Shown piece after piece: positions 39,533 to 53,299 of a stretch of DNA of 64,000 nucleotides (positions within the stretch are counted from its first letter, which is position 1; every line of letters begins with the position of its first letter). Location of the stretch: positions 32,922,001 to 32,986,000 of the forward strand of contig NC_043015.1 in the NCBI RefSeq assembly GCF_006345805.1. Reading direction: 5' to 3'. A model generated the notes under the pieces. It saw only the letters and a program-made list of their open reading frames with translations. It was not told the origin of the DNA and searched no databases. The translations under genes were made by a program, and so were the position numbers. The stretch is from Octopus sinensis. Taxonomy: Eukaryota.

Positions 39533-40404
39533 CGAATGGAGACTTTATTAGAATGGAGAACTTCTCCCAGATTAATTTCGAACCCAAATCTAGATTATAT
39601 AAATCAAAGAATTTCTGAAATTCTTTACTGTAATCTAATTGGCCAATAGTTTCAAATATGAATCGTCACATGACCACTAAAAGCAAACGTCCATTTCAAG
39701 ATAAAAAATGACATAGTCTTTGGTTTCTAGTTGCCACTTACTCGAAGGAAGTGCATAGACTGGAGGAATTGTCGACCTCGCCGAAACTAATGCATGTTGT
39801 TGATTTGAATTTATAGATTTTGTTAGTGGAAAGAAAACTTGCTCAGCTGGGAACATCACACAGCAATGGCGTTTGAGATGTTGAATTATCGTTTCAGTTT
39901 TGACTCTACTGACCGAAGAAGGTTGTGGTAAGTCTGAAGTAATTTGTTATGTAGAGGATAAATGAAGGGATAGTGAGATTGGTGGAGACAGGAGTACGAG
40001 GTGGAGGAGGAGGAGGATGGGGACGGGGGGGGGGAGGAGAAGGAATTAAATAAATAGCCATGTTTAATAATTAGATGATTGGATGAATGGATGAATGGAT
40101 AAACAGACAGACAGACAAACAGACAGACAGGTAAATAGATAGATAGATAGACATACAGGTAGGCATGCAGACATACATATATACAGACAGACAGACAGAC
40201 AGACATACAGGCAGACAGGCAGACATGGGCGAAGGTGGTAGGAAGGAAAAGAGACAGACAGACAGCAAAAGATTGAATGACAGATAGTCATACATATAAG
40301 TCTTTGGTTAGAAAGATATATATATAGAGAGAGAGAGAGAGAGGGAGAGAGAGGAAGGCGGGGAGAAAGGAGACAGCAGTCACAAAGAGATTGACAGACA
40401 GACG

Positions 40405-40474
<70 letters not shown>

Positions 40475-40483
40475 CAGATAGAC

Positions 40484-40568
<85 letters not shown>

Positions 40569-40569
40569 C

Positions 40570-40606
<37 letters not shown>

Positions 40607-40607
40607 C

Positions 40608-40678
<71 letters not shown>

Positions 40679-40701
40679 CATAGATAGATAGATAGATAGA
40701 T

Positions 40702-40748
<47 letters not shown>

Positions 40749-40765
40749 AAGATAGATAGATAGAT
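40405..40765. repeat. Long (TAGA)n microsatellite
   Basis: Direct reading; source of the 248 aa and 314 aa artefact ORFs. Confidence 0.95.
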
Positions 40766-40956
40766 GGTAAAGTATCTTTGTAAGTAGGTAAACACGCACA
40801 AAGGAAACAACGTATATACAAATGCATATAAGTATGTAGGAAGAGTGTGTACGTAGGTAGGTTTGCGGTGTGTAATTTATGCATATATATACACATGTAC
40901 ATGTACATATATACATGTATATATATATATATTATATATATATATATATTATATAT

Positions 40957-41061
<105 letters not shown>

Positions 41062-41079
41062 TATGTACAAATATATATC

Positions 41080-41110
<31 letters not shown>

Positions 41111-42115
41111 TGTATGTATGTATGTATGTTTGTATATGTGAAGCTGAAGAGCCGAAGATGATTGAATGATAAAGCCAGTGGGTGTTGCTGCAGAAAAGTT
41201 ACTAAGCATTCATATATTAAGAAAGAATTCAAACATCTTCATAATTTCGAAGAAAGCAGGAAGAAATGATGAACGATAGCGCGTCTAATGATGACTTACG
41301 GCACAGAGAATACGAACTTCCGTTAGTAGAAAATTTTCTCGAAGTGCCTTCTGTATAAAATGCATAGAGTTAAGTGCAACCTACTAAACGTATCGTGGAG
41401 AACTGGAATGACATTCGTAGTTTTGATGGAACAAACACATAGCAAACTGTATTCAATACACGAATATATAAACATATAAATATGTATACGTGCGTGGATG
41501 TATATATATATATATACACACACATACATATGCCCAGCATAACGCAGTCCATGATCACTGGTGCAGGATTCGTTTCCCGTCTTTACTCTTCCTCCATCGC
41601 TTGCAAATAAGGAAGTTATAACGTTTTAGGAAGATATTTTAGCGCCAAACCCCATCCATAGCACTACCTCCGCCCCACTTCCCTGCTATCAAAACCACTA
41701 CAATAACAACAACAACAGCATCAGCCACTCCCTCCACCACCACCACAACCGCCACTACCATCTCAGTAGCAAAAAACTCCCGCTGTACTGTCAATAATAT
41801 GTGACGCTGTTTGTTTTATCAAAGCATCGTATAGTATTGCTTTAGACTGACACTTTTAGCTGTTGCCTTCCGGAACCCAACGAAGTTCCACCGAATCCAC
41901 ACCGGGAGCACGCTAGAAACCTCACTGGGACCCCACCAGTGCCTCAACGGGTCCTTCCAGGGGACACTGTACTTATGACAGAAAATAAACCCGCGTTACC
42001 CTATCGTAATCACTTCGTGTATATACACCAGTCTGTGTGGTGTACACGGTACACTTGTGCAAAGTGAGTTTTCGTTAGTGTGCGTATAGGTATATGTACA
42101 TATACATATATACAT

Positions 42116-42151
<36 letters not shown>

Positions 42152-42199
42152 CACTCATATAATAAAGGTATCGTATATATTAATCACTATTATCAGATA

Positions 42200-42338
42200 T
42201 CTCTTTTATCTTTTATCTCTTACGTGTTTCGGTCATTAGACTGCGACCACGCTGGGGCACTGCCTTTAAGAACTTCAGTCGAGCGATTCGACCATAGAAC
42301 TTTTTTAAGACTGGCACTTTTTCTATCGACCACTTGTT

Positions 42339-42400
<62 letters not shown>

Positions 42401-42510
42401 TATATAGATATATATATATACATACACGACGGGCTTATTTTGGTTTTCGACTTCCATATCCACCAAGAAGGCTTTGGTCAGCCCGAGGCTGTAGTAGAAG
42501 ACACTTGCCT
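42200..42510 (-). mobile_element. SINE family A with internal (TA)n(TG)n
   Basis: Tail half at 42200-42330 and head half at 42425-42510 on the same strand around the microsatellite. Confidence 0.7.
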
Positions 42511-42566
42511 TTATGTATATGAGAGTGTGTCTACCTATTCATTCAGACATAAGCATGCCTAGAGCT

Positions 42567-42603
<37 letters not shown>

Positions 42604-42659
42604 ATACGTGTATGTATACACACACACACACACACACACATTTCAAAATGTAACTACAT

Positions 42660-42855
42660 GTGGATCGTTGGCGCTTTTTTTTTCCTCCATCTTCCATTTC
42701 TCTTGGACTTTCCTCTGTCTCCTGTTTCTGACGAAGAGCTTTGCTCGAAACGTAAAACCACCTTTCTTTCCTTCCCCGAGCGTTTTATTAATACTCTGCA
42801 TGTACCACGTCCTCGCGTTGTTGTTTTTCTTGTGTTTTTTCTTCTTTCTTTTTTA
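42660..42855 (+). mobile_element. Short hammerhead-bearing element, best-preserved copy
   Basis: Aligns with 10485-10678; flanked by (CA)n-type repeats. Confidence 0.7.
42724..42758 (+). ncRNA. Minimal type I hammerhead ribozyme, intact core
   Basis: GTTT-CTGACGA-A-GAGC-ttt-GCTC-GAAA-C-GTA|AAAC. Confidence 0.75.
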
Positions 42856-44639
42856 TCAACTACACATACACACACACACATACACACACATATATATGAT
42901 TAGCTAGACTCCAATTCTGCATCGGCAGAATGTAAAAAAAATCGATTTACCCGCTCCTTTCAAAAGTGGCTGACCCTGCGTCCATGATTTAAAACAAAAC
43001 TAATAAGTAAGAATGATATTGTGATGTTTTTGTTTTTGCAGCTACTACTGTCGCTGCTGCTGCTGATGATAATGATGATGATGATCATCATCATCATCAT
43101 CAAAATCATCATCAAAATGTCAGGTATTTATTTCATAGATTCACTTCGTGTCTTTATCGTGACGTTCCTCACACAAAAGCCCCGCCATCGTCACCATCAC
43201 GCCCCCGTTCTACCAAATCCTCCAACTCCACCACCACCAACAACAACAACACCAATACCATCACATCCATAACACTCCTACCATCCACATTAAGGATGAC
43301 ATGTCAATGAAATTCAGGAATATCAAATTCGTCAGAATCTGTTTCATTATTTTCATTACATTTACGAGGAAGAGGAGGAGGAGGATGAGAAGAAGAGAAG
43401 AAGAAGAAGAAGAAGAAGAAGAAGAAGAAGAAGGAGGGGAAAGGGGAGGAGAAGGATGAGTTATAGTGGTAGCGGTGTTGTTGTTGATGTTGTTGCTAGT
43501 GGTGGTGGTGGTGGTGGTGGTGGTGGTCGTCGTCTTTTTCGTGAAGGCGATGGTGGTGTCTACAGTGGTGATGGAAGTGATGGTGGCAGCGGTCACAGTG
43601 GTAGTGATAATAATGGTGGCGATGAAGTTGATGGTAATGATGATGAGGATGATGAGGATGATGAGGATGATAGTAATCATTTCAGAGGTGGTGATGGCGA
43701 ATACAACGTCAGTAGTGATGGTGGTGTTAGTGGTGGTCTTAATGGTAGTGATGTTGATGGTAGTGATGATGGTAAGCGGAGGTAATAAGTTATAGAAGCG
43801 GTGTTGGTGGGAATGATTTGACAGGGAGACACACTCGCTTCGGCTCCATTTCCCCCATTAATGTGCATAAAGATTTGTGTTTGATATTTATTATTGTTTC
43901 TCGTCCTATTCCAGTCACCAGGCGGCACTGCTGGTCACCACAACGGTTTACATCTGACAACAGTGACACCCTCGGTGTGAGACAAATTTTTATCTCTCCT
44001 TCTTTTCCTTTCCCAATATGGCGGAATCCGTTAAGACGGCGGACAGTTTAGTTTCCCACAGAGACGCCATTGGTCATTCACTACATTCCCCTAATCAAAT
44101 CTCTTTAGTCCCCAACTTCCGCCTCTAATTTAGTCCCCATCTTCTCCCGCTCAAGCTTTCGCTTTTTTTTCCTTCTTGGTGTAATTATTCGTGTTGTTAC
44201 TGTTGTTCATCAGCTTGTTGTAGTTGATATATTATTTTAAATTATCACAACTCTGCATTTTTGTGTAGATCATTATTGTTACTACTATTATTATTATGAC
44301 TTGCTACCTTAAATATAGTTGTAGTTGTTGTTGTTGTTGCTACTATTGTTATTATTTTAGTCGTAGAAGTAGTTGTTATGATGGCGGCTTTCTTTGTATT
44401 CCCTGTTACTGAATGCTAGTGACACTGCTGTTTACTGATGTTTAATTTTTGTCGTTATAGTAATAGATTTTGTAATGATTACTTTTGCTGTTGTTGTTGC
44501 GTGGCGTGGGTAGTGGTAGTAGCAATGTTGATGGTGGTTTTGGTGTTGTTGACGCTGTTGTTGGTATCGCGTTGGCGAAGTAGGAGAAATTCCAGAGAAA
44601 AACAGCGACATCATGGCAACCGATATGCATTTACAATAA

Positions 44640-44960
44640 CACAGCTATGTTTAGTAGAGTGGGATCTGGCTTCTCCTGTTTATTATATGTCTGTAATCCG
44701 TTTTTCTGTGTCATAGGAGTCAGTCCTTTCTTCTGTATTATAGTAGGTCTGCCCTGTCATCTGTATTACGGCCAGTCCCTCCATTTTTTTGTTTTTTGTT
44801 TTGTATTACAGCTGGTCTACACTTCGTTCTGTATTGCAAAATGTTCGTCCTTTTTTTTCTGTATTACAGCAGCACTGTCTTTTCTTCTGCATTATGGAAA
44901 TTCTGTCTTATCGTCTTTTTAAGGGCTTTTTTCTGTAGCGAGTGGAGATTTCACTATACA
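44640..44960. repeat. Degenerate minisatellite, roughly 27-30-bp unit containing ctgtattacag
   Basis: Recurrent ttctgtatta(c/t)ag....ct.tcc.tt motif. Confidence 0.6.
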
Positions 44961-44999
44961 GTACAATCTCAGGTAGGCAATGACACTACATCTTGGTAA

Positions 45000-45165
45000 C
45001 ATGATCGATCGCGAGCCACTAAACTTCTTTATTTATTTTCTAGGTATATTTCTGCGTTGCTTTCCGTTGAAGAGCGTAGGCTCGAAACGTAAAAGGCCTT
45101 CTCGCTTCCCGGGCGTTAAACTAATACATCTGTTTGTTGTTTACACGCCCGTCTTCGTCTTTCGT

Positions 45166-45170
<5 letters not shown>
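45000..45170 (+). mobile_element. Short hammerhead-bearing element, core mutated
   Basis: CTTT-CCGTTGA-A-GAGC-gtag-GCTC-GAAA-C-GTA|AAAG at 45060-45095. Confidence 0.55.
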
Positions 45171-45240
<70 letters not shown>

Positions 45241-45972
45241 TGTGTGTATGTGTGTGTGTGTGTTGTGTAAATTTTATCATTGATTATAATGATATATATG
45301 AATTCGTTTCAACCAATTTATTCGCTGCTGAATTACTTTGGTCATTCACACGTGGCTGAGATGAGCGAACTAGATTTAACTTGTATGTACATGAGAACAT
45401 TTGTATATGCCCTGTGGATGAGTTGTATTCGTATGGTATGTATAAACGTATATAATTATGTGCTTTGAATTATATCACACTGAAGACGGTAAAGGGTATT
45501 ACATCCCTAAACCAGAAATCGATCTAGGCTATACTTTTTTAAAAACATTTTTTTGTTCATTTCCCTCGCTTTCAGCCTGTTTCTATATGATAAATAAGGT
45601 AGTTTTAGAGCCACTTGGCGTCTTTTTCTAGCATGTGACGCTATGCATGTATGCACATGTGTGTATGTGTATTTCCATTTATATATATATATATTCATGT
45701 ATACATATATATACATACATTTATATATATATACATATATGTATGTATACGCATATATACGTAAACACACATACACACAAATATATATACTCAGTAGTTT
45801 CTCTTATAATTATATATATATATATATATATAATATATATATATATAATTATTAATAAGGGTGAGAGAATTAGATACTAATTTAATAGTATATCCATTCT
45901 ACACCAAGTGGCCTAGTGCTCCGAGAAACCTGGATTATTATAATATTTTATAATATATTATAATATTTTTAC

Positions 45973-46404
45973 AAAATAAATATAAGAGAGTGGTCACTAT
46001 ATGGCTCACTCTAGCACCAGTTAATCCAATAGGTTTCAACCACAAAAATACATGTTTCCATGAAAGTCAGTACGATTGTTAGCTCACACGGACAGGGCAA
46101 ATAAAAAATACAAAAATACAGATTATTTTGGGACTTGTTTCGCTATTAATGAATTAAATGTAATTTTACTTACAAAAAAATCCACTTGTAGCTCCTCAGC
46201 CAAAACTATCTGGATTCATTAATTTAATTCATTAATAGCGAAACAATTGTCCCAAAATAATCTGTATTTTGTTATTTTTTATTTGCCCTGTCCGTGTGAG
46301 CTAACAATCGTACTGACTTCATGGGAAACATGTATTTTTGTGGTTGAAACCTATTGGATTAACTGGTGCTAGAGTGAGCCATATAGTGACCACTCTCTTA
46401 TATT

Positions 46405-46410
<6 letters not shown>
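45973..46410. repeat. Long inverted repeat (arms 45973-46159 and 46222-46410), probable Penelope inverted pseudo-LTR
   Basis: Arms of about 187 bp, highly similar, 62-bp spacer; hammerhead on the minus strand across spacer and left arm. Confidence 0.9.
46126..46205 (-). ncRNA. Type I hammerhead ribozyme with long loop 2, intact core
   Basis: TTTTGG-CTGAGGA-GCTA-[43 nt]-TAGC-GAAA-CAA-GTC|CCAAAA; perfect 6-bp stem I and canonical GUC triplet. Confidence 0.75.
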
Positions 46411-46435
<25 letters not shown>

Positions 46436-46848
46436 CATACATACATACATACATACGAATGTAAGATTGTTTATGCATGTTTGTGTCTGCATATGTATGT
46501 ATATGTATGTGTGTATGCATGCGTGTATGCACATGTGTGTATGTGTATTTCCATATATATATATATACATGTATACATATATATATACATATGTGTGTAT
46601 GTATGTATCTATATGTATATATATCATATATATTTATATATACTGCCAATATACATTGTTCCATTTCTTCTGGGTCCCTTCTTAAACAACCTTTCGTTTA
46701 TCTATCTAAATATCCAACCTTCTGAAAATATCCTTAAACTCGAAACGTCAAAGATCACTTCAACTTCCTTAATATTTTAAATCCAAAGATTGCATTTTGA
46801 TTAAGCTTCGACTGTTATTTGCTATTCACGTCGCTAATACATGCATAT

Positions 46849-46939
<91 letters not shown>

Positions 46940-46985
46940 TTATATATATATATATATATAATATATATATATATATATAATATAC

Positions 46986-47055
<70 letters not shown>

Positions 47056-47819
47056 TATATATATAATATATATTTACATATATGCATATATATTGTGTGA
47101 GTATGTATGTATACACATACATGTATTACATAGACATATTAATGTCGGTATATATGTGCATGTGTAGGCTTGCATATGCATGAATGTATACGACATACAA
47201 CTCAACACACTCGCATTCACACGTATACAACTGTAATATTACCTAACATATACACACATATGCACATACACTCACCTACATTTATAACCTCATAATACCT
47301 GTCAGAAATCTATACACAAGCACACCCAGACTTATATACATATGCATGCATAAACACACTTGCACTACAGCAAGAACACATATATTCGTATTTAACGCCA
47401 TCTGTCAAACATAAACACATATATAACAACATAACTCACACATACACACGCGTACACGCACACACATACACACACGTACGCACATACACATACTAGTAGA
47501 CAAATATAAGCATACTCATGTGTACACATTAATCTAGTTTACACTTGATGTCACACTATTTGCAACTGGACTCTCGTAAACAGCGGGTTACTTCTGCTGT
47601 TTAAGGCCTCCCTACCGCTGCACCTTGTCTGCACTGTCACTGCACTCTCATTGCACTCACTGAGACAGATTTTCCCATAAATCTGTTACTATGACAACTA
47701 TGCACGAAGGCATAATTAAGCAAACGATGAGCTAATTGCAACTCTAGCAATTTAGAGAAACGCTTTTGTCTCTAAGAGACAAGATGGCGACCATGTGATT
47801 GCTTTTGGCGTGGCTCACA

Positions 47820-48170
47820 AAATGACGTTGGAACACAGTATGGCGGTGGACACATATGGCGGCGGAATACATGATGGCGGTGGAACACAGAATAGTAGAA
47901 CACGCAGTATGGCGTGGAATACAGGATGGCACTGAAATACAGGAAGGCGGTGGAACGCACCTGGCAGTGGAACACAATAGCTATGGGGAAGAATACATAA
48001 AGCTGATAGAAAAACAGCATGGCGGTGGAATACAGTGTAGTGGTGGAACACGTTGTGGCAGTGGAACACAACATGATGATGGAACACAACGAAGGAACAT
48101 AGTATGATGATGAGACACGACACAGATTTTGAACACATCATGGCAACATGGCAGTAGAATACACGATAAT
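47820..48170. repeat. Degenerate ~18-bp minisatellite (atggcggtggaacacagt)
   Basis: More than a dozen variant units with indels that break any reading frame. Confidence 0.8.
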
Positions 48171-49051
48171 CATAGAATCCTTCTAGCATGAAACAGACTG
48201 AGCAGTCGGTTGCAGGCTCAGTTAGTTCTGTAAGTCGATTAGTTGTTATATTACAGGCCTTGATTCAATTAGTTTTACATCTCTCAGTGGTCTGAGCATG
48301 CTTTCAGAGAATATAGGATGGCCAAATTGGGTTACACCATTGGGTTGCATCTCGGGTATCCAGCTAGCTAGGGTGCTTGACATGTTGACTAGATTATACG
48401 ACGTGTGACCTCTGAAATGTGCTGCTTTGTATCTATAACCACTACTAAATTTCACTTGTTTATCAATAGTCCAGTCCACTTAACTGTAAGTAGATACCAC
48501 GTTGTAATGTAGTTCACTACTTCGTGCCATTCCGATAAACTTACCGGACGAAAACCTGCGCTGTGTCCATTACCGAGACAATAAGTTCCATTTTGTGGGC
48601 ATATAATTTATATCTCAACAGCCCGCTCTACCTAGCTACACATAGGCAGTATAAGGATATATAATTCAATGAACATTATCTAAGACCAAGTAATTTAACA
48701 GTCACTAGCCCAATCTGCCGTAGTATGGTGTAGTTCAATTTACTTTGTTAAGACCACGGTGACTGTCCACAGTCTGGTCAATGAAGAAAAAAAAAAGAAA
48801 ATGACCAGACATGCTCTTCCGAGATGCACTATTACTGTCATCTCATTTAGAATGGCAGGTAATCAATGTTACACACCACAAGGTTTCACCTGATATAAAC
48901 ATAAAATATTTTATTGTGATTTTGGAGGATCAAGGGAGAGCGATCAAATCCAGGTAAATTTCACTGTGAAACTGGTCAGATAGGTGTACAGATGCTGCTC
49001 AGGATCTTTTCCTTTTGAACGGCAGACAATTTCTAGTTAACTAAACACTTT

Positions 49052-49622
49052 TAAACTTCGTATACTGGTAGAATGTGTCAAAATAAAACATTTTTTTCTC
49101 TTGGCTTTCTTGAGAAACTTGTAATTTGTAAGTTTAACGTAGTTTAATTTTTCGAATTTTAACCAATCCTATGCTCTCTTTTGAGCTAAAATCATTTGCT
49201 GCGTCTAAAACAGACAACATCCTGTCACTAACCTTAACCCTAAATTTTAGCCTTTCGTTTTTTTTTCTTAATTGTTAAATTAATTTAAGGATAACAATTA
49301 AGAAGAAAAAAACGAAAGGCTAAAACGAAAGCAAAAACTCAAAACAAAAACAAAACGAATAATTTTAGACACACGCGTAACAATTAAATTAATTTAACAA
49401 TTAAGAAAAAAAACAAAAGGCTAAAATTTAAGGTTAAGGTTAGTGACAGGGTGTTGTCTCAGTTTTAGATGCAGCAAATGATTTTAGCTCAATAGAGGGC
49501 ATAGGATTGGTTAAAATTCGAAAAATTAAACTACGTTAAACTTACAAATTACAATTTTCTCAAGAAAGCCAAGAGAAAAAAAATGTTCTATTTTGACTCA
49601 TTCTACCAGTATACGAAGTTTA
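49052..49622. mobile_element. Foldback/MITE-like element with ~237-bp inverted arms
   Basis: Arms 49052-49288 and 49384-49622; termini TA|aacttcgtatactggtagaatg ... cattctaccagtatacgaagtt|TA; no coding remnant. Confidence 0.75.
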
Positions 49623-50269
49623 TAAATTGTGTTGAAAACTGCCGTTCAAAAGGAAAAGATCCGCTACTCACTTTTAAAAATAATTCAAAGATATCCTTCA
49701 GTTAATTTGGATAATGAAAGAATTGTGGTAAATGATTCAAATGCTTATTTATTAAAAACATATCCTCGTGAAATTACCCTACACTTCTATTTTCTAATAC
49801 TTCTATTAATTAATTATTCACACAACCAATACATGCACTATTATACAAATTAAAGCAGACTAATTCTGTTCTAATCAGGGTGATATTTATTATAAATAGC
49901 AATAAGTTACTAATCATTCTGAGGTTAGAAAATGAGTAATTAACCACTGATAAAGCTATAAAAAAAAAGACACTAAAATTAGGTCGATGCCTCTTACAAG
50001 TCAAAGAGTAAAAAATGTTGCTTTACTACGATATAGACTTTCCAGAACCCAGCAAAGAAAGGGTGAAGAAAATATACAAATAGTATTTTACAAAGACGAG
50101 TCTATAAACTCGAAAGTATTTCTTGATATACAACGTTAAAAAAAAGAGAGAGGACAGAAGCACTTAAACTAGACTTAACCCAACACCTGACACCTGTGTG
50201 TGCGCGCGCGGGCGTGCCTGTCTGTGTGTGTGAGTGTGTGTATGTGTGTATTACGTACATTTAGTTGAG

Positions 50270-51445
50270 ACAAAAGAATATTGTATTTAACCCTGATGCA
50301 TTCAGGTTGAAATCCTTGTCTTTCGTTCCAAATTTTCAACCAGAAGGATATTAGACCTTCTTGGGAAAGAGCTTTTTTAATGGTAATATTTACTTCCCTC
50401 GTCTCTTTGTATAATATTTGTAGGTTGGAAGCAAAGTTGCGATTGATACTGGCTCGCTCAAAAATTCGCTTGCGATAGCCGAGTTTCTCGCTCGTCGTCC
50501 TGAGTTCATGTTTTAAAGTGATTAGCTTTCCATCAAGAAACTCGGTGTAAAGAGTTGCCACAAGGTTTCATTAATTTTCGTCTAAGTTAGAGTTGGTGAA
50601 GTGTAAACTCATTTTTCTCCTCACATTTTATTGTTGTAGTTAACCATCCAATATGGCGGCGCACGTTGTTGTTTTCCTCAAGTTTTATTTTTCATCTAGG
50701 ATGTTTCCATTTAGTAATTTCGTTACTCTGTTCACTGTAGATTACTCCTAAAGTGTTCTTTAAGAGTTATAGTGTATAATATAAGAGTATTTGTATTCCA
50801 GTAATTAACATCACATGATTCCATGTACTCTCCAGCAATATTGTTGATACACCTTAAACATTGGATCAGTCGGATTGTTTCTCACTCTTCTTGGGAATGG
50901 TCTGTTGCTCAACGAAAGTCTCGAGAAAGTAGAAAACATTTTTTGCGAATTGTAATTTTAAAATGTTTTTGAATTGGATGTATTCCGCAGTCTCCGCTGC
51001 TGAGTCAGCTACATTTGGAGACACACTCGAATTTAGCGATGGCGGGAGTGGTGGTTTGTTTACATATAATTTTTTTACTCCGCTTCTGGAAAATTTCGAC
51101 CCATTTTCAGTGTTTGGGGAGGACCGAGGACCAGATGATTTTTTTTTCACAAAAGATGTTTGTTGTCGGAGCTGTTTCGCCGTGAACGTATTTAAGTTGG
51201 GATGAGATTCATCCCGGTATTGCTTTAACCGGTTCATGTATCCGATTGAAGGGTTATCTCGGGCTTTTTCATACTAAATCTTGGTTTAGTAGTTGAGTCC
51301 AAGTAAAATGAGAAGAGTACTTACGTCATCTTAAGTAACTTACTGGTGAAGTAGTTCTGCTTTCATCGGTGGTGACCTTGTTAGTTTCATCTCTGGTGGT
51401 TTTAGTTTTCAGCCATAATCGTGTTAGCGAGATTCCACGTGGTGT
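50270..51445 (-). pseudogene. R4/Dong-like retrotransposon 5' coding region upstream of RT, decayed
   Basis: Across frameshifts: WTQLLNQDL..DNPSIGYMNRLKQY(R)DESHPNLNTFTAKQLRQQ; INNIAGEYM..NYWNTNT; KIKLEE..VRRHIGWLT; LKHELRTTSEKLGYRKRIFERASINRNFASN..SFWLKIW. Matches my recollection of R4-clade N-terminal motifs. Confidence 0.7.
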
Positions 51446-51864
51446 AGATGTATATTTTAAAATCTACGTATGGATGTATGCATGTAAGCATGTATGTATG
51501 TATGTATGTATGTATGTATGTATGTTGGTATACAAGTATGTATGTATCCTTCTATGTGATCTGTGTACCAAAAACTGGCCTAAGGATACCAATCAATTGG
51601 AGCAGACCTAGCGTTAGTTAAAATGAATCTTTCTCCCTCTGTTGTTGATACTATTAGAGCACATCTCTCTACCTCTATCTCTATCCATCTCGCATTTTCT
51701 CTTCTCTATCTTCTATCATGTATGTGTGTATATGTGTGTGTGAGTGTGTGTACGTTTGTGTGTATTTGTGTGTACGTGTGTGTGTGCGTGTGTATGTGCA
51801 TATGTGAGTTCAATTACCTATTTGTCTCTCGCTTTCTCTCTCTCTCTTTCTCTCTCTCTCCCTC

Positions 51865-51926
<62 letters not shown>

Positions 51927-52016
51927 CTATCTATCTATTTTTTCTTCTTTCTTTTTTCTACCACCACCTTCTGCCATCCTTTCTGCTTCGATTTCTTCTT
52001 CCGCAATTATGTATAA

Positions 52017-52109
<93 letters not shown>

Positions 52110-53299
52110 ATATGTATCTATGTATATTTGAGTGTGTGTGTGTGTGTGTGAATGTGCGTATATATACCTTTCTATGTATGAATATGTGTATGTATATATG
52201 TATATACATGTACGCACTCCTTGTGTGTATACCTAGGCACAATCCCTCTCCTCTCTATCTCTCTCCCTCTCCCTCCTCTCATCCACACCCCACTCCGCTC
52301 TCTCTCTCTCTCTCTCTTCTCTATGCGTGTATGTATGTATGTGTGTATATATGCATATATGTATGCGTGTATGTATGCATGTATGAATGCGTATCAGCTT
52401 ATGTATTTACAATGCATACATATGTGTGTATGTGTGTGCGTGTATGTGCCTGTGTTTTTATATGTATATTTATGACTATGTATGTGTGTATACGTAATGT
52501 GTAATATTGTCATACAGTTTCCTTTCCAATCTCTGGCGTAAATCATTCAAATTAACGAAGAACTTTACCGTTTGCCTTGCAACATATTTCCTGCCATTCT
52601 AATAGCTTTGGGCACATGTAAAAGTTCGATCAAGCAATGGTAGTTTGCATGGATAAGCAGATGTAGCGAAACCTAATGACCGAATTTCATCGTAAGACAA
52701 CGTTTATGATCGATCTTACTACAAGTGTTTCCCACACTGAAGTCGGATTTTATCTTCGTTTATCTTAAAACAACAAAACCTAAACATTAAATATCAACTA
52801 ACGGAACATGCCATAGTTTCTCTTTCTATGTTTACTATTAGGTTATAGAAGATGCTATTAGTATTGTATATTGGAGGCGAAGATATTTAGAGAAGGTTAG
52901 AGGACGAATATCTTCTGGTACACTAATATCGAAATTGCAGATACATGAATTGCTGAATATTAAAGATGTTTGCTGATTTAATAAATTAACCAATATTTGG
53001 CATCATTGTTTGGTCCTAAGTCAGTCTTGATTAATGAGGCTTCTAATAAAAGGTGCTCCAATCAAGACCTCCACCATTTGTTCTTCTTTCAGAAATTGTT
53101 TAAGCCGGGCAACATCATCCGACTTGTTCTTTTCATAAGAAATTTAGTTACCCTATCTTACAAGTCAAGCGATCATGCAGAGACTCCTCACTGGTTTGTG
53201 TTTGGAGTTGTTTCTAAACTATGGTGAAACGCGTTCCAGCCGTGGTCATCCTGTCTTCTTTTCCATATATTAGATTCATTATCCAACGTCTCCTTTTTT

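Noticed and set aside
46715-46760. CTGAAAA...CTCGAAACGTCAAAG
   Set aside because: Probably a hammerhead relic, but the core and stem II are disrupted, so it is not called.
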